In this document: positions 26,882 to 42,447 of the stretch, piece by piece
How the letters are laid out: the number at the start of each line of letters is the position of its first letter
Numbering within the stretch: the stretch's first letter is position 1
Source of the DNA: Sphaeroforma arctica JP610
Lineage: Eukaryota
Direction: 5' to 3'
DNA: 63,858 nucleotides
NCBI RefSeq assembly: GCF_001186125.1
Contig: NW_014040373.1
Coordinates: 35,020-98,877, forward strand
Notes under the pieces: generated by a model
Databases searched by the model: none
What the model saw: only the letters and a program-made list of their open reading frames with translations
What the model was told of the DNA's origin: nothing
Made by a program: the position numbers and the translations under genes

Positions 26882-29019
26882 TTGTGTACTTTGTTATGTA
26901 TACATATATGTATATAGATATATATAGATATACATACAAAGTATATATGTATTTTTAACATATATGTTGTGTCATAAACTTGTAATGTCTTGTTTATGCA
27001 TTGACACGTATATACATGTCCTCCTCCCTACCATCCACGGATCTATATTTAAATATACAAACTTTACATATACAAATTTATAGTCATAGATACCCACATG
27101 TTTATACCGAGTATAAAAACGTACCTGTCTTCCTCGTATGATAGATCCTCTTCTCCACTATAGTCGATGTTAATCACTGCACTACAATAGTCACTTCCAA
27201 TGGTTCCGTTGTTATAGCCGTCACGCTGAAACATCGGAGAGCCGGGGCTGTTATTGACACTTTTTTGTTTGCTAACATCCACCACCCCTGAACTGCCATT
27301 AACGCTGGTGCGCACATTTTGTCTGCCGTCGTGATATAGTTGAGGCATCGACTGTGTATGTGTGTAACCTTCTTCATCCACATACTCTGAATCGTCATAT
27401 CCCAAGGGATGTCGGTGAAAGGACGGTGAGAGTACATCTGAGTCACTTCTGAGTGCACCGTGCGACGTGGCATGCGGCACCAGGTGGTTTCTGCTGTGGG
27501 ACTGTAGCTGATTCTCTTGCATCGGCTGCTGCTGTGTGAACTTGCTGCCGGCGTGTCCACTATGGCCCGTCGGTGAGGAGTGTGGCCGCGCACCCCTACT
27601 ACTTCTACCACTCCCAGGGACCCCCGGTGACCGGTGTTTGGGTTGCTGTACTACTACTGGTGACTGCTGTGGTCTGCCCGAGTGCAGCTGATCATGGCTA
27701 TACGACGCTTTGTCACCCCAATACCCCGCCCGGCTAGGCCCATCGTAGTACTGGTGTGTGTGTGCAGACTGCGAGGCGCGTACTTGCATATGCGTGTGCT
27801 GTGTATGTGGGCGTGTGTGTGACTGTCGCGTGCCACCCCGCTGGCTGAACTGGTCGTCACTGTGCCTACTGCGTCGCATGTCATCGTTGGAGCGGTGCCA
27901 GTTGTGATCGCTGTTACGGTGGTGTTGGGGTGGGTGTGAGGTGCTTCGCTCATACTGTGTATTGGATATAGAATGAGAACTGCTGCACGCTTCGGAGGTT
28001 GGACTGGATTGTCTATGCAGTTTGTACTGCTGTTGGTGTGCTGACGGGTTAGGGTGTCGGGGCGTGCGATCTTCCATGCTCTGCATTCTACGGAGACTAT
28101 TCTGGCTGGTGCTAGCATTCGTCTTAGGCCGATTAGATGTGTGTGAGTATCTATTGCCTGATTTTGTATGCGGGCTTCTACTGGCGTGTTCAGCGTGAGG
28201 TATATGCTGCTGTTTATGTCGCATGGGCCCCTTCATCCCTTTGAACTGCACACTCCGCTCACTCTGCGCCCGCTTGCCCGCATTGCTACTTTTTCCCACC
28301 GGCACATGGTCTCCCAGGCAATCCGATGAGTATACCTGGTTCCTGGTAGATATTTTGCTAATCTGCTTAGGTTGACTGAAGGTGTCGTGTGAATTGCCTC
28401 GACGCATGGGTGCCGTGCTAGACACAGGTCGATGTGTGTGAGTGGCCGATATTGCCTCTCTGTATATGTGCTTCTCTCTATCGTTGAATGTTTGTGTATT
28501 TTCATGTGCACGTCTCTCACGTGAAATGTGTGAGCCCTCCATGTCTGAGGTAGTACACCCAGACGCACTGTTAATACCACCACTGACGCCTGTAAGTTGT
28601 GCATGCTCTGGAAGGCTATCTAAACTGGGTGTAACGAACACGTGTGACGGTTCTGCAGCCACCCCTCTGTTGTCGATTCCCGTGCCAGTGTGTTTGTTCT
28701 CCTCTTCCACTACCACACCAACGCTACCTGCACTATTACTGATCCGAAGGCCTTCTAGAGGTATAATATCGTGTGCTTTCGTGCTCGTGTGCGCCGGCTG
28801 TAGTGATTGGGTCCGTTCTGTTTGCATCTGCGTCTTAAGCTCAAGCAACGACTTTTTGTTTACTGCGGGAAGCTCAGCCTGACTCATCATAACAGCATGC
28901 AGTGAAAACGAGGACGATGAGTGTGACCTGATACCTGCTGAACTACTAGAGCGTGAACATGGTAAGGGAGATAGCCCAGGCATATCATTGGTTGGCTGCG
29001 GCGCCTGTCTATCCCGCAT
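24000..29019 (-). CDS. Multi-exon scaffold protein: long disordered N-terminus, PDZ and two WW domains (MAGI-like architecture without GK)
   Basis: PDZ split over exons ([38 protein letters not shown]...[10 protein letters not shown]). WW1 is [19 protein letters not shown]/..[10 protein letters not shown] and WW2 is [30 protein letters not shown]. Stop at 24000-24002. Confidence 0.8.
26630..26960. repeat. (AC)n/(AT)n microsatellite tract (intronic)
   Basis: Simple dinucleotide repeats. Similar tracts lie at 30350-30790, 41400-41700, 46500-48140, 55010-56100, 56570-56880 and 63400-63680. Confidence 0.95.
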
Positions 29020-30458
29020 CGTGTCCGTTTAAGGTCTGGTCTAGCTCAGCGGATGTAAGGTTATGTTTGAGGATATGAACTTATTCCTATGAGTTTATAT
29101 CTATTTCCTTGCCAAGTATATTCGACTATGTGCGGGTTTTATCTCTGTGATTACTTCGCACGCTGTTTATCTTGCCCACTCGCCTGGAATTCTCGGCCTT
29201 AGAGCCTCTTCACGAGTCTAATGTAATCGAATTTTATATGTATAGTGTAGTTTTGCCACGTTGTGTATTCAAAGTGGTATGAATGGGACAGCTCCACATA
29301 CGCACGTTTATATCAGTAAGAGATATGTCAAGCCACCCCACCGTCAGTGTCCAGCGACAATACTTACTACTGCACTCTGGTACTCTGTAAAACAATCGAG
29401 TTATTGGGAGGACCGAGTACCGACCGTGCTGATGGACCGATAGACGATACCCAATCAGATCTTTGTATTATTTATTTCTAAAAGGGACAAGCTATGTGAC
29501 AAACTACCAAGACCCAAGAAGTATGTACCAACTGTAAATGGGACAAAGCTACATATTTACCTATTTACTACAATGTATGTACCAACTTACCAAGTACCAG
29601 TATTAACCAACTGCATAACTGTTACTGCAGTACAATTTTTTTTTACGGGTTTGCTTTTTATTATCTGATACGAGGGAATTCATGGGCTGGCTGGGGGGCG
29701 AGTCACTCGAGCGTCGGTTTTTGTATGTACAGTGTACAACACCATTTTGGGACAAATATAGTCCAGCAAAAGCAATCACGCCCGCAGCGACAATGACCCG
29801 GAATATCGAGGTGCGAGGTGCGGGAGGATCTAGTTGTAAAGTAGTAATTGGCTGCTTTTTTAAAAGCTTTTTTTTTTCGCGTCTACTTTTGTTTTCACAA
29901 TCGATACTTTTACATATGTAGTGGTCAGTAATATATTTATTTTGCATTCGCCGTCTCTACTCTCTAGTCTCTACTCGACTCTACTCTAGAGAAACGAACT
30001 GACGCGCGAATTCACAAGAGAGCTTGACTACATACATACACATGCATTTGCATACAATATGTATTGGACGTTGAAACAAGGACTTATTTCACCAATTCTA
30101 AAATGACAATCGCTTTACCAACAGAGGCATTAGAATCTTATTGTAATTTAGCCACGATATTTGAGGGGTAAACAGACATGCGAAACTCCACTTTATGAGC
30201 CACTGGACTCCTAGGTCTGTTCACTATAGGAAAGCTAACGGAAATAGTTTAGCCAACGATATATGTATCTGTATATGTATATGTATACATGTATATATAC
30301 GCATATACATATACATAAACAAGTCCATATGTCATATTTGAATACTCAGATATCAGTATATATATATATATATATGATTATACATACACACACACACACA
30401 TAACACACACACATATATATTATATATATATATATATAGTACACCCACACATACACAA

Positions 30459-30501
<43 letters not shown>

Positions 30502-30506
30502 CATAN

Positions 30507-30568
<62 letters not shown>

Positions 30569-30674
30569 CTATATATATATATATATAATATATATANNNN
30601 NNNNNNNNNNNNNNNNNNNNNNNNNNNNNNNNNNNNNNNNNNNNNNNNNNNNNNNNNNNNNNNNNNNNNNNNNN

Positions 30675-30788
<114 letters not shown>

Positions 30789-30951
30789 ACATTAATGTAT
30801 TGTATGTATCTTCATTTTCAATGGGAAATAATGTAATCGAAAAGTTATAAATGCAACAACTGAATGTGTATATACTCACCTTTGATGGTAAACAATGTGA
30901 TATAACGCACTTCGATACTTGTTCTATTTATTCAGTTCCTATAGTGTGCGT

Positions 30952-33900
30952 TTATTTCTTCCGCCTCTTTTTCGACATCTTTTGAATATTCACAGCCTTC
31001 ACGGGCTTCTCTTCTTCAGTCTCGTCAATTTTTCTCTTCTTAGCAACAGAGCCAGGCAAAGTGCGAGAATTTGTATTCGTGACGCAGCACAAGTAGTACT
31101 GCACACCCACACTCATTAGCATGTCTGCCCACACCTCTTGTTTCTCTGACATGCGGTCGTTAGGTGATTTCACCTCCACCATCTTGCACGCCAGTAGGTC
31201 TTCATTCCACAATGTCAGGTCGGGTAAGCCACCCCGCCTGCGAATTTTATTGGTGAACACGATGTATGCGAAGATGAGTAGTGCGACTAAATGTGTGAGT
31301 ACGAGGGTATCGGCGTTGTATCTACGAGAAGATTAAAGATATCTATGGGGAACTGTGTGTATTGGGTTGCACGTATTCCAATAAATACCATATTACGATC
31401 TAAAAGCAGCCTACATGGAAGGTACATATTTCAAATAGACACTTATTCATACCTCGGTGTGTATTGTATGTGTGGAATAGGCGCAGACGTGGATCTACAA
31501 CTAAGGCTTCAGTACATACTATATTCAATGTTTGTGGTAAAACCCTTTTCAAAACCCTGAAACAAAACGACGGGATTTCATATAATTTGCACGCAACAAA
31601 CTACAAACTACCCGCAATGCTAATCTGGTATGAGAAAACGACAAGGTATACGACAATAGTAGTAAACTCCGAAGATAGGCTTGGATAAAGGCTCGACAAG
31701 CAACTTCCCAGCGCCCCTCCCCCCCCACCCACATATCATAAGACTCACCGTCCCCGCAGATCCATAGCCAAGATACGGCATATACTGCTAAGAATGGGAC
31801 CTCCCAAACACATTGCGATGCCACTGAGAGTTTCGACCGTCAGATGCTCTCTGTCCCACTGCATGCCGACCACCAACACCCCATAGTGATCGTACCAGCT
31901 CTTGTGGACCATATCATATATCTGCCCGGGCGTACGGGAAGCTGTATGGATGAGAGCATGTAGTGATAGTTAGAGGTATAAGTATACGTCGTCGTGCAAT
32001 GCGGAGAAGGTACCTGAGGGCTTAATGTTGGAGCAGGTTGGTGCAGTGTCGAGTCGTTCACACCATAACAATAGTAGACCAGATGATCTGCACTAGTGCG
32101 AGGGACTGCTTATGGAACAGACTAGCAATACGTGCGTTTATTTGCCGATCACTACTTATTCCATCGCGAACCCAACGGTAGCAGTATCATGTCATGAAGT
32201 CCCCTCTCTCGCCGCTAGAAGGATCGAGCGTATATCAAGCGGACATAGCAGCGCACACACGGTAAGTACCAGGAATCGGCGACATACACCAACTACTACG
32301 TTGTATACTACAGCTCGGCAAGGATACAGGAGTGATATTTCCGTTTCCTCACTAGAGTTTTGTGCGAAATTGTATCAGTATATGGAAGGTTGTACCGCCC
32401 TGTAGCTCTACGGATCGACTATATACCACGCACAATTAAACATCTTAAAGAGATCGAAAGCCTCTATGAGCTCTAGTAATTGGTCGAGTTCCACACTACG
32501 CTCACTTCAAATGATACGCGCTTCAACTGTAAGGTGTTGGGACTGTTTATTCATAAATCCGGCTATACATGGCATCACCGATTGATATACAGGTATTGCA
32601 CTGCTGTTATCGCTGGAGGGACAGGTCTGTACTGTAAAACCCAAGAGCCCCGCTCAAAGGATACTATAGACAAATAGGGCTACAAATTGCAGTAAGTTTG
32701 AAAGAACATGTCAATGGAACTCGATATGGTATACGCGGTTGCTTACCAATCTGGATCAGCCGGTCCTCGATCTCCACCCGGCGCGTGATATAGAAGTCGT
32801 CGCTAAACATGTCCAGCGGCGCGATCTGGAACTCAGTGACGAATACACCAGGGATGTCCAAGAAGATACAGTCCCACATCAGCAGCGCAAACAGCGACGA
32901 CACGACAGACCCCTCGGCATGCACGCCCTTCCAGCCACGGCTTTGTTTGGGGCTATCGGGAGACTAGATGTCCGTACACGTGAGGGCATACAGACATCAA
33001 AGAAGGTCGTTTAGAGTGTGCGTATCGGGGGTGAGGAGGCAAGATGCAAACACCTAGGAGTATGGACGCAAATGGGAGTGCAAATACACATACACATCAG
33101 AATAAGTCCTGCAAAGCATAGTCTTCTAAATGAACGTCTAAAAGTGTGATTTTCCGGCGTGAGAAATGGAGCGCGGTATATCCGGAGTCACAATCTGACC
33201 TGCGATTGCGCATACAACACTATACTAGATTCTCAATCGACGGTTCGCCACCCATCCCACCCAACACTGTGTACCGAACATCCCGGCACGGTAGTGAGGC
33301 CCCTGGCCCATCGGATATAAACTATCGCGGTTTGTCTCTTTGTTTAGTACAGCCAAATTGGGATTAGGGTATGCAGGCGTACTTGAACATTCTGCCATTT
33401 CTATCCTGAACAAGTTCAACATCACCGTCTGTTCCTACCGAAATCTAATTGATCACCCCAACTTGATGTGCATGCCTCTCTACACCTGCAATGTACTTAT
33501 TCTTCTTACCTTGCCCATGTTGAATATCTCCCCCACCACAACATCGCACACAACATACACACCGTCTCATTCACCGGCCGTTCGGGAGAATGCCTGAACC
33601 GTTTGCGGACATAGGTGCCAGGCTTAGGCTTGAATGGCGACCTGCTGTGTTTCGCACTCCCATTGTGCGTATCCGATGCGCGGTTGAAGATGTCGTTATG
33701 CTGCTCCACTGACGCTGTGAGGACCTTCAGGTGGTATAGCGTGCGAGTATAAGAAAGTATGTGGAGAATAGCATCGTCGTCCTATATTTAAAGTATGCCG
33801 AGACAAGCACCCACATCAGACTGCGCCAACATACGCCTCACAAACAAACAACAAAAACGACACACACACATACACAACTGGCTTATGTGCACACGTCCAC

Positions 33901-36900
33901 ACACACATACAGTTTGTGTATGTGCACACGTCTTCACAGGTTGTGTATGTGCACACGTCTTCACAGGTAGTGTATGTGCACACATCTACACACCTCTAAG
34001 GCATAGTCTTCTACGCTGTAGAATCTCGTAGAGCTGGCGCCGCCATCCGCATCTACAGAGTGGTTGATGTAAACCGATTTCCTTCCTGTAAAACAGCATG
34101 AGTGGATGATAGGCTTAATGTGAGATGTACCGTCGCAAGGTGTCTATGTCTCTCAACTATACGGTTATGACAACTGTAAATGGTGAAAAGTCCGTTCATG
34201 GTTTGCAATTGGTAGCCTCTCGCACCACCCACAGAAACACCTACCAGTGATCTCCTCGGAGTACTTCCGACCGTCTACAAACACAACTGGCGGGGGGCAC
34301 AGAGGCTCTCGTCTCAGCGACGTCACCAGCATAGCCTTGTACAGCGCCACAGCCTCCCCATCTGTGAGCGTCTCGTCTGGCAGTGTAGGTAGCGTGTGCA
34401 GCAGTATCTGCGACGGCGGCAGTTGCGCAGCGGCAGCGCTTTCGTGTTGCGCCAGCACTTTCGTGTGGGATGGCGTGTTCATGTGTGATACAGACGGCGG
34501 TTGTTGTAGTAGTGCCATGGCTAGTCCAGACGGACTTCGCTTCACCTCCACAGTCGTGGCCCTTGCCGCACCTGTCGGTGGCGACGTCTGGCGAGTACAC
34601 ACCACCGCATCGGTGTGGATAGGCGCGGGTATCGTAGGATCACTCAGTACGGCGCCACTCCCGTGTGACGCGCGTGTCGCCTGGGGCGAAGTAGGTACGG
34701 TGGTTGTGCCCATTGACGAATCTTCGCAACTCGATGACTCACAACTCACAGTTAGCGGTGTATCGTCTGTGACAGGGCGTGGGGGTGTGGTGCTGCTTGC
34801 GTTCTTATCGGCAGCGGTAGCTCGCACAAGCTTCGCATCGACGCCCGTGACTGCGTCAGGCGGAGATAGAGCTGTGCGTGTCATGCCTGCCATCGGCTCC
34901 TCCTTGTTGTATGTAGCAATGGGACAGACCTTCAACTCGCCGTGCGTGTTCAGCATCAGGGCGTCCTCCCTTTGGTCGTGCTTGTCATGCGTGCTTGCGA
35001 CTGACTCGTTCTTGACCTCGTTGTGGGTGCGTTTGATCGGTTCGTCATTGGTCTTAGTGTGCGGGTTGTTATTCGGCTCCTCCTTCTTACAGGCACGCTT
35101 GGGCGAATCCTTAAACTCGTCGTGTGTGGTTATAACTGGCTCATCCTTGATGCCAGTAGCCGTGGGTAAATCCATAGAATCGTTCTGTCCGGATGTGTCG
35201 CTGTCGGCAGACTCGCGGTTGCCAGGCAACGGCTCCGCTACCAATTCCTCCTTAGTTACTGTGCCGCAGTTTGGCGAGCCCGCAACTACCATAACACCCA
35301 GAGTGTCTTCACTGCCTGAGCGTGCTGTCACCGTGTACGCCGTCGCGCCGGTGTGTGGTGGGGATAGCGTCTCGGACTGCACCTCGCCCTCGGGTTTTGG
35401 GCTCACCTGAAGTCCGTCTATACATTCGTTATCTGCGTCACCACCACACGACAGACAGTTGAGGTGCGCCACATCCCTGGACTCTCGCAGAGTACTGCGG
35501 CTAAGCAGATTGTATCCTGCCCCATTCGGGTATAACTGACCCGTGTCCCCGTCTAGTAGGGGCAACCTACGTGGCGGAGTATTACATAGACCGTTCGTAG
35601 TGGCGAGGTCTGTAACGGGAGCTGTGGCTACGTCTTGGCTTGACCCTGCCTCTGTAATGCCGCTAAGCGCCGATGAATCGTTCAGTCTTTGGTGCGATGC
35701 GGTGTGGTGTTTTGGTTTCCAATAGTTGTTGTTGTGCTGTCTGCTCTTCGCGAGACTCAGACGATTCCTTGTTGCCCGTCTCGGCCCTCGGGCTTTGGCC
35801 GGTACACCGACTGTGCTGCCTAGCAATATTATGTCATCGTCTATGTGTAGATTCGTACTTAGTTTGGCTGTCTGTATATTCGTACTTAATCTGCCCGTCC
35901 CGCTTGCCCTACTTGGTGCGCCACCCAACCCCGTGGGGGCGTATGCGAATGCTCCGTCAGATAAATCGCTATCGATATCTATGCAGACAGTTGCCGATGC
36001 ACGTTCAGCGTTGTTCGTCTCCAGACGCGCGTTAGTTGCACTGGTATCGAATGTTTCCGGATTAACACTATCACAGTCTATATCAATGTATTTCACCGCC
36101 CTGACTGTACTTTCTTCACCTCCTCCCACACTACGCCCCCGCCTGTCCTTATTCACACTCGCATCCCCTCTCACCCTCCCCCCACTTCGTGCATGCGTTC
36201 GTCCAGGGGTGTACCGTGTGTGGACGATATCGTCATCACTGCTGTCCTGAGTCTGCGACCGCCGCTTGCCCTCTGTCTGGTCTCCTTTCCTCACACTCCT
36301 TCGACAAAGTGGCTCCGAAGCCGCACTTCGCTGGCTTTGCGGACGGGATTGTTGGCCTTCCACGTCTTTACTTGTCAAACACAGTGAGCGCATTTCGCCC
36401 CCGCCTGGTGTATATATGACACTCTGTGCGCGCGGCTGGGCTTGTAGACGCACCGGAGTGTGTGGCTGCGTGAAGATCTGCGAGCGTACCTGTCGCCGCA
36501 CCTGAGACCGCGGGGACACGTCTACGCGTGGTGCGCTGCGCTTGTGGTGCGGTCGAATACCCTCCAGAATGGCGTCAGAAATGTCGTCCTGGTGAACTTT
36601 GCTCTTCAGCAGTCTAAGCAACCGCTTCTCAACTGCGTGCCGATGGCCCGTGCGCAGGAACGGGTCTTGCAGTCCTGCCAGACACGCTCTGTGACACAAA
36701 ACAGACTTTCAGGATTTAAACTCGATATCAAAATAGGTGCAATCCAACAGAGCTGCGTACAATCTGTGTTGAGATTGCACAAGAGCAAGGGCACGTACAG
36801 ACCTCCGTAGATTCTTCAATGAAAAAGCCTGGAGAAGCCAGGCGCGCAAGGAAGCATCTTCTGTTAGCGACAACTTGTACTTACATTTAGGCCATATACT

Positions 36901-39900
36901 TGTAATGAAGCGACAAAGGAAATCAATGCTTTATAGCCCAGTGTTCACAATCGACCTACCGCAGAGACGCCGCCGGTTCCTTGATGTGCTGTAACAGATT
37001 CAGAGTCAATCTGTTCCACCAACGACCCCTGCTGCCAGCACCTAGCCGCGTCTTCTTTCTCTCACTGTACGCAGTAGGCATGAAAACACATAGACTATAG
37101 GGTCAGATCAAAGGGACACGAAGACATCGGCAGGCCTACCTCAGACACAATTACATCAGCCTGGCCGATAGAACTACCTACATACATAGCAACTGAAGTG
37201 GATTCAGAGCACGCGCCACAGGATTCAATGGGGATGTGCTCGAAATTCAGGTGGTCAAATATCCCGTGGGATTTATCATTCTCTCTCTAGGGAGAGAGAG
37301 AGAGAGAGGTGATCCCAATAGCACACTCACAGGAAACCCCGGGCACCACGACAGCACACGCGTACGCACTTTGCACAGAAGACTCCATCGTAGCGTTCGT
37401 GGCCCAGCAACCAGCTCAGCAGCAGAACACTCTCCTCGTAGAGCTTCTTCATCTCCATCACCTCCACACCCACCGCCAGGATCCTGGCATAGACCCACTG
37501 TGCTGTGTATATGCGTCGATAGCTGACTCCCTGCGCCACCAGATCGTCATATTCACTAGTCCACGTCTCCTGCGACGGGTTGGGTGCATTTTGCGATGAT
37601 TTCAGCACATTTTGCGACGTCTTGAGCACATTTTGCGACGTGTTGGGTGCGCTAGACGACGCACTGAGGGTGCTAGCCGTGCGGTTTGCGGGCGTAGATA
37701 TCCCTAGATTCTTCGCAGTCCTTCGCACAATCCGGAGCGCTTCATTGTGTTTCTCTGATAAAACAAAAAACGAAAACGAAATCAATTGAAGGCTGGGCCA
37801 CCGATTGCGAGCCAATCCGAATGTACAATTCTAATACAAATGATACTCCAATGGAACAGACAGATAAAAAGCTCAAATCTAATAGGGCCTAGTGACATCA
37901 CCAACTATCTTACACTCCCTTCACCACCATCACAGACGCACTGACGCACACTCTAACCACCTACTCACGTCGCCTTAAACCATACACAACTGCCAAAGGC
38001 AGCCGACTCACACGCCCGGACACCCCACCACAACCAACGACATACGGTGCTCGACTAAGTCATTCACATCGCGCTCGGCAATCAAAGCGTTGTGGTACTC
38101 AATGAACGCGTCTCTCATTGGGAATATCCGCCACTCCTCCATGCCCCGCAAGTTACTACCACCCGTGCCTTGTAAGCCACCGCCACTCGTGTCCAGCCCT
38201 ATACTGCCCCCAGGCGCGCCCCCGTTGGTATTCTCTACGCCGGGATCGGCTACACTAACACTGGGGTGTAGCGTGGGCGGGGTGAGTTTGATACCGTAGA
38301 GTGGATCGTGTGATGTGTTTGCTATTTGCTTTGTACCCTCCGTGTCGGCGAGCTTAGATTGCGGACTGTTCACGCCTTTGGCCTACAGATCAAGGGGGTG
38401 GGATATCAATTGCCAGCATTATTAAGGCACGCAAAGGTACATATTATTTAGGCAGGCGTATAGACATTCTGCGACGATACACCAGGCGAATATACACAAC
38501 CAAGCGGGGATAGACTACACTAAGGCTGAGTCCTGAGACGCAACTATGAGCCGCTGGCATGTAGTTGCATGCGAGAATGGCTTCCATAAATGATTCACAA
38601 AATTGCTACTCGGCTTAAGACAACTTGTGCCTCATTTCTCACAGGACTGTATGGTCTGACGCAAGAAGGATATCAAAACCATAGGAATAAACACCGAAGC
38701 ATCACAGATAGATTCCTGATTCAAAAACAAAGCACGGGGATACTAGCGCATTGTGACTAGGAGAGGCAGAAGGAGCGTGAGGTATTCAATTTGAACACAA
38801 GCAACAGCTTGGGAAGGATTGCATGCTGACTCTTTCGATTAAACAAAAACCATGTTTTTTCCCTCGGATATTGTATAGTTATTGTGGCACATATGGATTC
38901 GTAGATCCATTACTAAACGAAAGCACAGATCCAGGTCACAAGACGAGTGCACAAGATAGATAAAAACATGCGATTCCAGTGCTAAGAGGACCAGCGACAG
39001 ACAGTAGGAACCAGTATTTTAGACACGCAGGCATTGTGGGGACACCACATCAACAGATTAATATAAACGGGCAGCATACGGAGTGCGCGAAAGCACCTAC
39101 AGGTACAGATATCCAGACCCAGATTGGATCCTACAAGGCTGAACAAAAGATACCAAATCACGTAACATGTCGTATTGCGAGATTCAAATTCACAACAAGG
39201 CCCAAGCTCCGCTCCGATCAAGTAAAACCCTGAAATACGAGGCACTTCAGCAAGTGCGAAAGCCTGCATACCGAGTAATGATACATCAGATTGGATTTGT
39301 CTGTCAGCAACAGAGCGGTGAGTGGATTGGGCTCCAACGGCCCGTTGTTGTGCACAAAGAAGAGCGTAAACACTCTGTCGATCACATCTTTGTGCGAAGC
39401 ATTCAGACGCACACACCCGCCCGAACACGCGTCCTTGACCCATTGCAGCACAGTGCCTGTCTGATCGGCCACATGAAATAGGCTACGCGTGCTCCTGTAG
39501 TCAGAGAGAGCACACAGACACACACACACACACATCGAGATGGTAGTACAAAAGAGTGAAAGTGAGCGAGCGATACAGAATGAACGCGAAAGTGAGCAGG
39601 GTGTGGGATAGTTTGTACCATACGTACGCGAATGAGCACCACACACTGCCCTGTGTGGTCTAAAATGTATGTACATCAGCTGGGTGAATAAGAATATCGC
39701 ACAAGACAGGAGCGTTGTACTAAGGCTATAAAGCACACGTCCGTTCATATATAAAAGATAATGGAATACTTTTAGTAGCGATATAGAATAGAAAAAATTC
39801 ACTCACCGTTCACAGAGTTTAGCTGAACACAAAATGCTCAACACGACAATTCTGAGACAATTTAGTCAACCTTACGCGAAATACAAAGCATTTGCTAGTT

Positions 39901-41432
39901 GCGCAGATACACCAAACACAAATCTTCAACCAACTGGCGACCGGGGCTATGCTGGTCGCCTAGGCTGACATGCTCAAGTTATTAGACAACTTGCTACAAA
40001 GAACCAACACACAATACCTTACAGGAATAACAATGTCAGACATGCGGTCGTACTGAGTAGGAGATCTGGCAAGCAGCCACACGATGTCACACTAAGCCGC
40101 GCCCCAAATCAGACGGTGAAACCAACTTACGAATCAATCGAGCCCATTATGTGCGACGTAGTATCACAGCAAAGCGCACGCGCAGACTTCAAAAGATGCT
40201 TTGATAAGTGAATCTGCAGGCGTAGCCTGTACCTTACATGGTGCAATAGATTCCACTCTTCTGTTTTTTTTAGGCGTATCTTGTACCTTGCATGATGCAA
40301 TAGCGCATCCACACATCGTGCGCGCACCGGCAGTCCGCTGGTTGCTTTGCGATGACGGATGTCCCTTTTCTTAAGTACCGCTTTTAATTCCGGGACAGTC
40401 AAGAGGTCCAGAGCTCGCTCGAGATCTCCAAGGCCTTGTTCCTGGGGAAAAAAATGAGCCAGCCATGATTGTGAATGCAAATAAGTCTATATGCACCTTG
40501 CATCATATTCAGGACACAATTGAAACGCACACGGCGGTGATGTTCAGATGTGCGTGTAGGATGAGGCTGCGAATGCTTGAAGTATATCTCCAGGGCACTT
40601 TATCGAGCGCTATGACAAGGAACCGCCGGGGCTTTCTTCTTATGATCGTTGAATTTTTACACTGAAGATAACGTATATTCACTCAGACACACAGTTATCG
40701 CACGAACAGATGAGTCCAAATACTGGACAAGTGATATGGCCACTACCTACCGAAACGGAAGAGTACAGTCAAAGGGGCCAAGTGCACATCAATATCAATC
40801 ACATACACTCCGCTACAACGCACAGAGGAACCAGTCGTGGGTCTAAAGCACATACCGAGTGACTAAAGAACTGCAAGGAACAAAGCTCTTCGCACACTGT
40901 AGGTATGGGTGTGTCGATGTCTTTATACGACAGCTTATCGATCCGGATCCATCCATTCTTGCGCTGGAACACTCGCACATACAACTTCTGCGCTTCCGAG
41001 CTCATGGCTTCGGTGAAATGCTCGAAAACCAGTCGGTCATCGGAGGAGAACAGATGTGCGTGCGCTGTGCCGCCCAGTACTGCCTGTGAGCATAAGAAAT
41101 CCAACGGTTTCCTCCAATAAATATGTATACAATTATGTATATGTGAAGATTGATTGCCCATACCACTTATACGAATATATACACAGCACATATGTAGATT
41201 TATATGTATGTACATTTGCGGATGTGCATTCATACGTACATACACATACGCGTATTTATGTACTTATCTATATGTATGCAAGTACAAACAAACACAGAAA
41301 CACAGAAACACACACACACCCACCCAAAAACACACACACAATCCTATTATATATATGTAAATTAAACACATGTATATATATATACAAATATACATCCATA
41401 CACACAAACTCAACCACACGTACACGTACACG

Positions 41433-41478
<46 letters not shown>

Positions 41479-41524
41479 CTACGTACATACTACTACTATA
41501 CATACATACATACTACTATATATA

Positions 41525-41579
<55 letters not shown>

Positions 41580-41661
41580 TATATAGTATATATACTACTA
41601 TACGTANNNNNNNNNNNNNNNNNNNNTATACCTACTTAACATACTACATACATACATAATC

Positions 41662-41704
<43 letters not shown>

Positions 41705-42447
41705 GTATTACTGTATGTATAGTTATACATATCTATCTATAGATCGACATATCATGATACGCAAGAATAGGGATGCATATTTTCTTTACTAAAGACATCA
41801 TTCGATGTTGCCAATCACACCTAATAGATGTATAACAAGTGTTACCTTTATAGCACAACAGTTCGATAGAACACATACCCATACATGTATCCGACCCGAA
41901 TCACATATAGTCTAGTATAGCATACCTGCAAAACGTAAAGAAAGTTGCGCAGATAGTATGGCACAAAGGGACTGTCTGCTGGGACTACATCATCGTACTC
42001 ATTCCAGTCATCGTCGTTTGCTGTCGCAGGGGTTGTTGCGAGAGTGGAAGAATTTACTACTACATTGCCGGTCAGACTAAACTCCGAACCCTTACTACTA
42101 AATTTGGATCCACAGTTGCCAAATAAATTAGATCGCACTGATCCTCTGTCATTGCTTATGAATCCAAGCGCAGCTGGGCTTTTCTTCACCGACTCGATAC
42201 GGGAAGGCGTAAGACTCGAGTGCGCAACTTTAACTCGACTATCAGTTTTTACTGGAGTTTTAAATATGCAAGCAGCGGGACTGTTGGCACCAAACAATTT
42301 GTGCACTGAGCTACGAGTGGGCGAACCAAGACTCTCAGATTCAACGGGCTCTCCTGCTTTCTTCTTAAGTGCATGCCTGGCATAGGGATTGATTTTTTGT
42401 CTCGATGGCGTATATGGGGACTGCTTACTGACTCGATTGCCCACCAT
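30952..42447 (-). CDS. FAN1: Fanconi-associated nuclease 1 (VRR-NUC), multi-exon
   Basis: PYYLRNF; AQKLYVRVFQRKNGWIR; LDLLTVPELK (SAP); DPFLRTGHR; HAEGSVVSSLFALLMWDCIF...FQIAPLD; VRR-NUC GGLPDLTLWN...VEVKSPNDRMSEKQEVW. The order along the minus strand is correct. Confidence 0.93.

Noticed and set aside
34247..35410. 387-aa plus-strand ORF
   Set aside because: It is the antisense shadow of the large FAN1 exon and has no recognisable motifs.
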